Assembly (NCBI RefSeq): GCF_018977255.1
Contig: NW_024704742.1
Location: 67,148,001-67,212,000, forward strand
DNA from: Callorhinchus milii
Taxonomy: Eukaryota
Direction of reading: 5' to 3'
Length of the DNA stretch: 64,000 nucleotides
In this document: piece after piece, positions 54,035 to 64,000 of the stretch
Layout: each line of letters opens with the position of its first letter
Position numbering within the stretch: position 1 is the first letter of the stretch
The notes under the pieces: model-generated
Told to the model about the DNA's origin: nothing
Seen by the model: the letters and a program-made list of their open reading frames with translations, nothing else
Databases searched by the model: none
Translations under genes and position numbers: made by a program

Positions 54035-54184
54035 ACACGTGAAGAACAATTTCGCCAAACCAGTGAAGACACCAACAACAATGTATTGTGGTGGGCCGTC
54101 ATTCAAACCATTATCCTACTTTCAGTGGGAGTCTGGCAAATGAAGCACATGAAAGATTTCTTGATTGCCAAAAAGCTAGTCTGA
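54035..54184 (+). CDS. TMED11: TMED11 last exon: transmembrane helix and KKxx tail (not in ORF track)
   Basis: ttac[54 protein letters not shown]. Joined CDS 654 nt with no internal stop. AATAAA at 54595, 54622 and 54638. Confidence 0.95.
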   Translation, partial: TREEQFRQTSEDTNNNVLWWAVIQTIILLSVGVWQMKHMKDFLIAKKLV

Positions 54185-56729
54185 CATAATGCATGCTGTA
54201 GGAGCAGTTTTTTATTATTATTATGGTATTTGTGCTACATTATATTCACAAACTGAGTTTATTGCTTTAATGGGGACTTCCAGTTTGTGAATCTTGGGTT
54301 GTGAAGATTGAATCGGGAATTTTTGTCTGTCAAACCCCAAATGCTAGTCTGCAGAGTCCATAAAAAAACTGGAGGGCAAATTACATGCATCCAATACATG
54401 CAAATTGTAAATACCAATTAACTACAATTAAGAGTCCATTCAATCTATCGGGAGTGTTCCACTAATTTATTAGATCTTGGCAGATCTTTTAATCACAATT
54501 CCTCAACTGTTCGCCAAATCTCTTAATATTTCTGTTACCCAACTCTATCACGCTGATAAAAATCCAATATTAGCTTATAGCTCTTTTCACATAGAATAAA
54601 ACGTTTCAAAGCTCTTTACAAAATAAAATTAATTACTAATAAAGTGAATGTTGTCAAATAGACAAATGTGGCAACTAATCTGTGCAAGAAATCCACTTTT
54701 GAAACACAGTATCACTTATTGACCACAAAATACAGTCACTGTATTTTAAAGGAAATCCTGCGAAGTTCTTTAAGTTCTTTTCCTGCAGACGTGAAACATG
54801 CTATGTCAAATACAAAAATACTGTTATTATCACAAATTAGACCCAAGTGTGATTCTGTGAAGGAATTGGATGGTGTATGTTAGTGGTGAGGATGGAAGAC
54901 GGGATATGAGAGATAAGAATAACTGTATTTAGAAAATTGAACTAACCATATGGATCAAATGGTCTTTCTGCTCTTGTACAATTCCTATCTTCCTATGTAA
55001 TTGCAGCAGCTTTTTCTCAATTGAGAAACAAATAAATGTGCCAAGTGCAGCTGGCTGGCTTCCAAACCAATTGGTTATTGATAGTTCTTTTTTCCAGTTG
55101 AGCAATACAAGGCCTTCCAGCTGCTGTCTATAACTGCATTTTGTCAATTGGCAGATAGAAATCATACAATTCAATTCACTTTCACAATGTAGAATGAAAT
55201 GAATTCTTTGACATTATAAAGATGACATAAAAAATGATGATTGAATAATATGACATTCAGCAGGTTATTTTCAGAAGACAAAGTGTATTATGGTTGGTTA
55301 ACAACTTGAGACAATTACCACTCAGAATGGCTGAATAGATTAATACACATGAAATTATTCATTCACTTCATGGCTATTTCTGGATGTTGCTCAGCTGCCG
55401 CTTTCACCTACAAAAGTCACCACATTTTACAGTAAAATCCGTGAAATGCTTTCAGATGGTTTGACAATGTGATAAAGCTCTATGTCAAATGCAAGGATTA
55501 CTATCATTAATAATAAAATATTTATGTTTATGTGCTAATTTGATTTGATTTTTCAAATTTATATTAGAAGTACTCTGACAAATGAATAATGACTGTTTTG
55601 GTGTGAGTCACCTAAATAAAGTCCTCTAGAGTTTCACTGCTGAGTTTACATCATTAGGGTGCACTGGCTGAATGTATCGAAGAGCTGGTGATTCATATGG
55701 CTCTATAGATGCTTAAAAGTTTCTGCAACCGGCAATAATATGATAATTTGTCCATGTTTTAGCCAGACAGTCAATGTCAGAAAGATTTTTTTAACGAGGG
55801 AGCACTGCATTGGAGTGTCAGCAAAGACTATATGAACTAAAAGTCCTGATGAGGGACTTCAACCCCCAATCTTCTGACTCAGAGGAGAGTGCAACCAACT
55901 GAACCAGTCTGTCACCCAGATTTTACAGCTGCCTCAATGAATTTTTTTGGGTGGTCTGTTGAATATCTGACATACGTGGAAATCCATCACCATGATTAAA
56001 GAATATCCAAATCAGCTGGAGTTGCACATATGCATGCTCTCATAGCTGACTATTTTTAATTGATTTTAAGGTTTCAGACTCACATGCATATCAAAATAAT
56101 TTTCTAGTGAAGTTGAACAATGGTCGTTTCTCCCAGTGTTTTTGAGACGTTAGGACCAGATATTTGCAGCACAGAAGGAGGCTGTTTGGCCTATGCTGGT
56201 CAGCTCTTAAACGTGAAGGACTGGTGTGTAAGAGTAAATTGCTGTTGCAAGTTTAAAATCCGCATCCTCACTTACAAAGCCCTTCACGGTCTTGCTCCTC
56301 CCTAACCCCTGCGATCTACGCACACCTTACCAACCTTCCCATTCCCTCCCTTTGGCGGGGAATGGCCTGCTCCAAGGCCTTCAGCCCTGCGGCCCCCACC
56401 CTCTGGAATTTCACCCGGAGCCCCTGGGCCTTGCCTCACCCCCTGCCTCCTTCAGAGCCCATCTCAAGACCTTGCAATGTGACCGCGCTTTCTTTCCATC
56501 GTTCTCCCACCCCCTCGACCCCCAACTCAAGATCAAACCCTTAACTGTCCACCATCTTGAGATGAGCTACATAACAATTTGCAGTTATATTGGGCCTCTT
56601 GGGCAAGATAGGGCTTAAATGCAATTTGTTGTTGTTGTTGTTGTTGAGGCCCGGCCTGACACCATCATGTGGCTGTGAGGCTGCACATAGCAACTCGCTG
56701 TCTGTGTTGACGAACACTCTCAGTTTGTC

Positions 56730-57040
56730 ACCCACGACCCAGACTGCGCAGGCGCCCCACGGGGGGGGGGGGGGGGCGGTGGCGGACGGTCACGTGATCC
56801 TGGGATGTGCGCAGGCGCAGTCGTGGTCCTCGCTCCACCCCGCGCGAGTCTGGTGGTGAGTCGCTCGTCACTGCGCAGCCGCATCGATGGAGGTGTGAGG
56901 GCGGCGTCGCCAAGGGAACAGCCGGCGCTGAGCAGCTGGTCCCCAGGTACCCGCGGCTCGGGTGTGCTTCCGCTGTAAAAGCCAATGTGTTTGTTTTACT
57001 TTTGGCACGTCTGACTCCAGAGGCTTCTGGGTGGCATCCT
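56730..57040 (+). promoter_or_regulatory. RNF212: CpG-island promoter and probable non-coding first exon of RNF212
   Basis: Abrupt CpG enrichment; NRF1-type TGCGCAGGCGC at 56745 and 56808; E-box TCACGTGA at 56790-56797; G16 run at 56761-56776; donor GTGAGT at 56856. Confidence 0.65.
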
Positions 57041-57800
57041 GTCTGCGGGGCAGGCCTGAGCCTCGCCGCGGGACAGGCCTGAGCCTCGCCGCGGGACAGG
57101 CCTGAGCCTCGCCGCGGGACAGGCCTGAGCCTCACCGCGGGACAAGCCTGAGCCTCACCGCGGGAGAGGCCTGAGCCTCACCGCGGGGCAGGCCTGAGCC
57201 TCACCGCGGGGCAGGCCTGAGCCTCACCGCGGGACAAGCCTGAGCCTCGCCGCGGGACAGGCCTGAGCCTCGCCGCGGGACAGGCCTGAGCCTCACCGCG
57301 GGGCAGGCCTGAGCCTCACCGTGGGAGAGGCCTGAGCCTCACCGCGGGAGAGGCCTGAGCCTCACCGCGGGGCAGGCCTGAGCCTCACCGCGGGGCTGGG
57401 GGGAGCCTCACCGCGGGGCAGGCCTGAGCCTCGCCGCGGGACAGGCCTGAGCCTCGCCGCGGGGCAGGCCTGAGCCTCGCCGCGGGGCAGGCCTGAGCCT
57501 CGCCGCGGGACAGGCCTGAGCCTCGCCGCGGGACAGGCCTGAGCCTCACCGCGGGGCAGGCCTGAGCCTCACCGCGGGAGAGGCCTGAGCCTCACCGCGG
57601 GAGAGGCCTGAGCCTCACCGCGGGAGAGGCCTGAGCCTCACCGCGGGGCAGGCCTGAGCCTCACCGCGGGGCTGGGGGGAGCCTCACCGCGGGGCAGGCC
57701 TGAGCCTCACCGCGGGGCAGGCCTGAGCCTCGCCGCGGGACAGGCCTGAGCCTCACCGCAGGGCTGGGGGGAGCCTCACTATGGGGCTGGGGGGGAGCCG
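57040..57800. repeat. 23-bp GC-rich minisatellite, about 33 units
   Basis: Unit CAGGCCTGAGCCTCRCCGCGGGR with occasional GGGCTGGGGGGAGCC variants. Confidence 0.97.
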
Positions 57801-60800
57801 TGATATCCCATGATATTATTATCACTTATTTATTGTATAACATTTTACAATATACTAATCCTTGCATTTGATATAGCGCCTTAGCTCGTGTCTTCCAGAC
57901 ATCTCAAAGCGCTTCACAGAGTATACTTTAAAGGGAATTGACAGTATATTTTGTGGGCGAAACACAGCAGGCCTTCTAATCGACTAACAACCGGGTTCCT
58001 ACTTACTGCTAAGCAAACAGACATGTCAGTAAGGACTCTTGCCCAATGTTTCACTCTGCCTGGGAATTGAACCGAGATCCTCTTGCTTGTAAGACGAGTG
58101 CTAACCACTAAGCTACAATGCTTGTTGAGGGGTGAAGGTTGAGGGGACTCCATAGGATTTAACTCAGAAAACCTGGTCTGTAAGACTCCAAAAGTAACTT
58201 TCGCAGTACACTTCCCCAGGTCACATGCTTTCTATATAATTATGCGTGTACTGGACACTGAAGCAAACCAAGAGACTGGACTGAGTGTACTACTTACAGA
58301 GCCTGTCACTGATAGACGACAGAGCTTGAGCGGAGACACTGTGAATATATTATAATTATAATATATTCTGTGATATGCTTTGAGACGTCTCACCAATACG
58401 ATGAGGTGTTTGGGATATAAGATATATCAAATGCAAGAATTAGGGTTATTATTATTATTACTTTGAGATCTTTTGGTGACTTGTCTGAAAACTACAAGCT
58501 GAGAAAAAATGACAAATGTTAGTCACACTATGATTATGGATTTTATTATGTATTAAGGGAGATTTCAATAGGTATGTTTGGGAATTCTTTTAGTGCAAGT
58601 ATTATTCAGAAAAAAGTTTATTGGTCTTCCTTGCCGATATAATGCATAATGTTTGGAAAGGAATTACTGTAAAAGGTAATAAAAATTAAAGGTTTTAGAT
58701 CATATGTTGGATCACATATGGTCTAATAAGTGATCTTATATCCCAAGCCAGCCTATTTTTGCGCCAGTGACTAATTAGTCAGCACAGATTAATTTCCATC
58801 TCTTCCATAATGCAGACCTTACCACACATCCCTTCCCACAGTCTTCAGTCCCACACATTCCTTTTGTTATCTCCCCTATCGGCATAGCCCCTCGGCCCTC
58901 ATCTCTCTCCCAGCTTCTCCACCCCTATCCCATTTTGCTGATAACCTTGTCCCTCTCAAACTCACAATTCTACTGTTTCTTCTGTTACTCTTATTTTCTT
59001 CCACACTTCCATTACCAAGCATCCAGTATCCCCTGTTCAGTACAGAGCTGTGCTTTTTCAACAGTCTTTAGAATATTTGGGTATTACTGATTAACTTCCA
59101 TTGTTAAGGGCTGATATATTGCGACATTTGCCAAGAACACTAAAGTTAAACTAATAGCAAACAAAATTCTCAGAAGTTGAGCTCTGTTTTTGAGTTACTT
59201 GAACTTAACTCACAACTGTTAAAAAAAACAGTATTTTGTAACTGTTGAAATAATTCAGTTTCACACAAAAATGGATTTTAAAGTAATGTGTTTCAGAAAA
59301 CATTTTAGTTTAAGATAATTCCATTTATCTTGACAATTTTGTGCCCTTGAGATGTTGAGCAACCCTTGTGGCTGAAGGAGAATGAGAATCTCGCATCTGC
59401 AGGCACAAACTCTTTCAAGGTTTTAGATATGGTCAGTTTATCAGTAGCCACACCAGCTAAAATATACTTGTCAAACTAATTTGTTTCCCATGTTTGCAGA
59501 AGTTAATGATTTTCTTATTTAAGCTCAGCAACCTTTAGAAGTTTCCTAAGTCAAGAAGCACCAATTGGCTAAATTCCTTTGTCCCGTGTAATCTGTAAAC
59601 GGCTCTGTACCTTTCATGCTATTTCGTTTGAAGGTGGGAAAAGAGCGTTTGCATTTGTGTTTTGCTTGCATTTTATATAATTGTTACAAAAAGGCACTGT
59701 CAATAAGAATGTAAGAACATAAGAATTGCTAGATGAAAGAAGACCAAGGTCCATCCAGTATGCCTTCCATCATCCTGGCATTCACATGCATATGTCATGT
59801 CCCAAACTATATACTGTATCCCAAGATATTATTTCCTAAAATAAATCTTATCTAATTTGCTTTTGAAAGAATCAACACTTTCTGGTTCCACTATCTCCCT
59901 AGGGAGCCTTTTCCATACATTTATTGTAATTAATTAATAAATAAATATATTTAATTACAATAATAATTGTAAGACTGCCACATATGTTGGTGATAATAAA
60001 TTAAAGAGACCAGCACAGTCAGAGGATGCAGAAAGAGTTACAGAAGGAATTACAGAAGGAGTGAAGAGTTTGCTTGTCTCAGTTTGTAGCATTCTCACCT
60101 CTGAGTTAGAGATTGTGGATTCAACAACAACAACAACATTACATTTGTATAGCACCTTTCGCGTCGGGAGGACGTCCCAAGGCGCTGTACATTCAGTGTT
60201 TCGGACCCGAGCTGGGGGTCGGGATTCGGATGGAGGGGAAGGTAGAGGGCAGAGAGGAAGCAGGGTGATCGAAAGCACGATCGGAGGAGGGTCTTGAGAT
60301 GGGTCTTGAAGGAGGCAAGGGAGGGGCGAGGCGAGTCCTTTAGGACTTATTCCATTTAGGACTGTTATTCCATTTCATAATCCATTCAGTGCTTGCTGGT
60401 TAACAGCAACAACAAGATTACATTTGTATAGCGTCTTTCACGTTGGGAGGATATCCCAAGGTGCTGGACAGTGTACAGTATTTCTGACCCGAGCTGGAGT
60501 CAGGGGGGGAGAAGGGAGGGGAGGGGAAGGGGGTGACCAATGGCATGGTCGAAGAGGAGGGTCTTGAGGCGGGACTTAAAGGAGGCTAAGGAGGGGGCGA
60601 GGCAGAGTGATTGGGGGATGGAATTCCAGTGGTTGGGAGCAGAGTGGCTGAGGGCTCTGCTGCCAGTGGTTAAGTGCTGCATTGTCAACTATGTCCGATT
60701 TCGGATGAAAAACGGATATTCTCTGCCTATTCACGTGGATGTTGAAGATCCCAATTTGAAAAGTGAATTTTGCCATGCTTGATAAGGGGTTTTGAGAATA

Positions 60801-62494
60801 AAAAATCCGTAAATACAAGCAACCACATAAAATGCCACACATGTGGTCAGTAGTGCAACAATTCTTTCACTCTCAAATACAAGTTTTCCCCCTTCAATCC
60901 TAAATTGTCCCTCCCCTTTTTTTCTCTTTTCTCTTTCAAAAGCCTTTACAGTTACCCTTAATGTTAACCACCAGTTTAGGATGCAGAGAAACTTGTGGAG
61001 CTCTCACGTAACCCGCTCGCTAAACAGCAGTAGCAGAAAATGTTAAAAGCAACACTGCTGTTAACATTTTCTGGGTAAAATGTTTACCCGGCGGGTAAAT
61101 GGAATTAGGTTAGAAGATCAGCCATGATCTTATTAAATGGCGGGGCAGACTTAGGGCCCGAGTGGCCTACTCCTCCTATTTCTTATGTTCTTATGTTCTT
61201 ATACCTGAAATTCAGACCTCTGGGTCCACTGTTGTTTAGGTGGAAGCTAATCGGGTGAAGATTCCAGCAGTTTTTCCTGAATCTGTGGGACAGAACCTTA
61301 TTTTGATTCATAAACGCAGCAGCTGCACAAAGAAACACTTAAGTGTCTGTTTTCTCCTGGAGCCACCAACTAAATCCAGCATCGGTTTAATCATAGGAGC
61401 ACAGGAATTGCTAGACGAAAAGAGACCAAGGTCCATCTAGTTTGCCTTCAACCATCCTTGTCGCATTCTACAATAATAATGACGATACTGACTAATTATG
61501 GAATTCAGTCTCCTTCGACACTGCTGTAATTTCTATCATAATAATAACAATAATCGTTGCATTTGTTATACCGCCTTGCTTAATTGTGACATTGAGACAT
61601 CGCAAAGCATGAGCTGTAGAATTGTTGAACTGCAGCAGAATTGTTGAACTGATATTAATGTCACCAAATTAACCATTAATAACAGGATTAGTGTTGTCTC
61701 TTGACCAAAAGTATATTAAAAATTGCAAGAAATATAGCATATATGCTAAAAAAAATCACACTTGCCCAAAATTTTGCCCTGGAATTACTAGTAACTTTTT
61801 GTGTTTTAGGTAAGTGGTTGTTTGCCGGAAACTTAATTTGAGTGCATTCATATATACTGATAAATTGAGAGATGCCTTTTTCCCTAGAAACCTGGCTGTC
61901 TGTGAGCAAAACTATCCGGGAGTGGTAAAGGTCATCCTGGGAGGGAGGATTAATGATTGGGAGTGGGACTCAACTCAGGAGACTCGCTAATCCAAATAAA
62001 TGCAGTTTTGGTTGCTAGCAACTTCAGCAACTACTGTTTGCAGATGTTTAGTTTTCTTCTTGGCAGTGATTTTTTTTCAATATTATTTTGCCTCTGCACC
62101 CTCCTCAAATAGTACCAACCCAACTGCTCCCTTCGCTCAGTGACTGGCGTGCTTCATATTGCATCACACTCCCCCCCCCCAGCACCCACTTGCCCCACTG
62201 TTGGCAGTCGAACTTTCAACCCACCTATCACACTTTCAACCTATTGGTCATCTTTCCTCTCCCCACCCTCCTCAGCTCCCAGCATCAGCTCGGGTGCCAA
62301 GCCACGACTATCAAGAACTTTGGGATGGTCCTCCCAACATGAAACATAAAAGGCAATATATATGTTAATTTGTTATTGTTGTTTACTGACAGCCCTATTG
62401 ATTTGAGATCAGAAAGACTTAAGAATTGCCTTGTGAAATTAGTATTCAAACATTGCATTTGAATTGTTTTTCTTGTTCAGATTATCTGGATAAC

Positions 62495-62606
62495 ATGGCT
62501 CCCAGGATATTTTGTAACTTCTGTTTTCAGCAGCCCAGACCAAATTGCTGCAGTTTTGCACTTACTAATTGTGGACATGTTGTCTGTGAAGCATGCCTCA
62601 AGAAAG
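62495..62606 (+). CDS. RNF212: RNF212 first coding exon (N-terminal RING finger of Zip3-family meiotic crossover regulator); gene continues beyond window
   Basis: Acceptor ttcAG at 62479-62480, aacATGg at 62495; MAPRIFCNFCFQQPRPNCCSFALTNCGHVVCEACLKK; donor GTAGGA at 62607. FCNxCF...LTNCGHVxCxACLxK fits RNF212, and position after TMED11 favours it over RNF212B. Confidence 0.9.
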
Positions 62607-64000
62607 GTAGGAATGAACTAATACAATATTTATTTTAAACAAGATGACTTATTGTTTGAAAGGAGTGCCAATCTCCTAGATGTCACCTACCTCAACAGAT
62701 TGAAAAGCACAGACTTACATACTCTCTATCAGCAGACAGCAGAGGTCTCAGGATAATAGGTTCTCATCTTGAATGTCTGCAATCCTGAAGGTTATACACA
62801 ATCTTGTCCTCACCAAGCTTCCTGCTATGATCGAATATTTTTCTTGCATCCCACTAGGAGCTTTGTTCTGCGAGATTGCCTTTTTATATGGCAAGGCAAC
62901 TCTTCCCAAGCTGCTCAGTGAGCTTATGTTTTCATAAGCATCTAATTGATGCACCTCTATGCAACAACAACTTATAGGTTCTGTTGGCTAGAGTTGGCAT
63001 TTTGTGTAAAATGCATTGATTTATAGTGCCTCTTGTCTAATTTTTGACATGCTAAAGGGGAAGGGATGTTTCATGGGGAATATTTTCTGTTCAAAGTGCT
63101 CTCTTAGATTTAGAAGAAAAAAATACAGTATTTTTGAAATACAGAACAATAAATTCTCAAATGTTTTTAATCCCTGGCACATGCTGACTGCTCTGCTGCA
63201 TTACTAAAAGGATGACCGGGATCTGGCAAATTGTCTATTGAAGGCGAGCTCAGTGTGAGTCAATTCAATGCCAACCACCCCGAGGCCAGATTAGTATTGT
63301 TCCATACTCGCTGACATCGTGCTTTGCTGTGCACAAATTCAACCACAAAATACAGTTGCTACACTTTACAGTATATACTGTGAAGCATTTTGAGATGTCC
63401 ACCTGATGTGAAAGGCACTAAAATGAGTATAAGAATAAGAGTTATTTCTGGTGGTTCACTCCCAGACAGTCCAAAATGGTTATCTCAAAGCAGCTCACTG
63501 CAGCTACTGCTGCACAACTGTGTTCCTTAAACCTTTTGGGGATGTCATTGAGGTGCTTAACAGTTGAAAAGACGGATCCCATGGATTAAAGAAACGTTCA
63601 TCGCTACAGGTATGTATCTTAATGACCGTTTTATTGCTTCTATTGGTTTTGGTCAGCTGCTGTCTGACACGTGCAGAAACCCATCAGCCATGCTTAAAAG
63701 TATCCAAACCAAACTGAGAGTTCCATGCATCCTTGTAACTCAGTGGTTGGAGCACTTGCCTCGCAAGCGAGAGACCTAGGTTCGATTCCCAACAAGGCGA
63801 ACTGTCGGGCAAGTCCTTACTCCACACGCCTCTGTTAACCTAGCAGTAAGTTGGAACCTGGTTGTTAGTTGATTGGTGGATCGCTTTTCCAGAGGTAATA
63901 ATTCCTTCAAAGAAAAATAATAATAATATTTTAAATCACTTCAGTCCACAACTGTTTGTGGGACACTGTGTGCGCAGTTGGTTGCCACGCTTCGCCCACA

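Noticed and set aside
56728..57135. 135-aa minus-strand ORF over the CpG island
   Set aside because: GC-rich, low-stop sequence partly made of minisatellite units; no recognisable domain.

Overview
Repeat-rich vertebrate genomic DNA, most consistent with a cartilaginous fish (chimaera/shark-type L2, CR1, Penelope and Deu-type SINE content; species not determinable here). Three + strand genes were reconstructed by hand from splice sites. SPON2/mindin is complete (5 coding exons, 26908-36842, 331 aa). TMED11/p24alpha1 is complete and intact (5 exons, 41564-54184, 217 aa, or 225 aa from the upstream ATG at 41540). RNF212 is represented by a CpG-island promoter near 56.7-57.0 kb and its first coding exon (62495-62606). 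The order and orientation match the human 4p16.3 block. Most other ORFs in the track are repeat-derived. Notable non-genic observations: a high-copy, unclassified, A-tailed ~640 bp element with conserved and covarying hairpins; Penelope remnants carrying minimal hammerhead ribozyme motifs; a SINE+Tc1/mariner-MITE chimera present twice; an R4/Dong-like fragment inside an (AAT)n tract; a 23-bp perfect hairpin in a TMED11 intron; and tandem arrays beside the SPON2 and RNF212 promoters. I see no convincing new protein-coding system, so the best novelty candidates are the mobile or structured RNA elements. Homology statements come from recalled family features, not from database searches.
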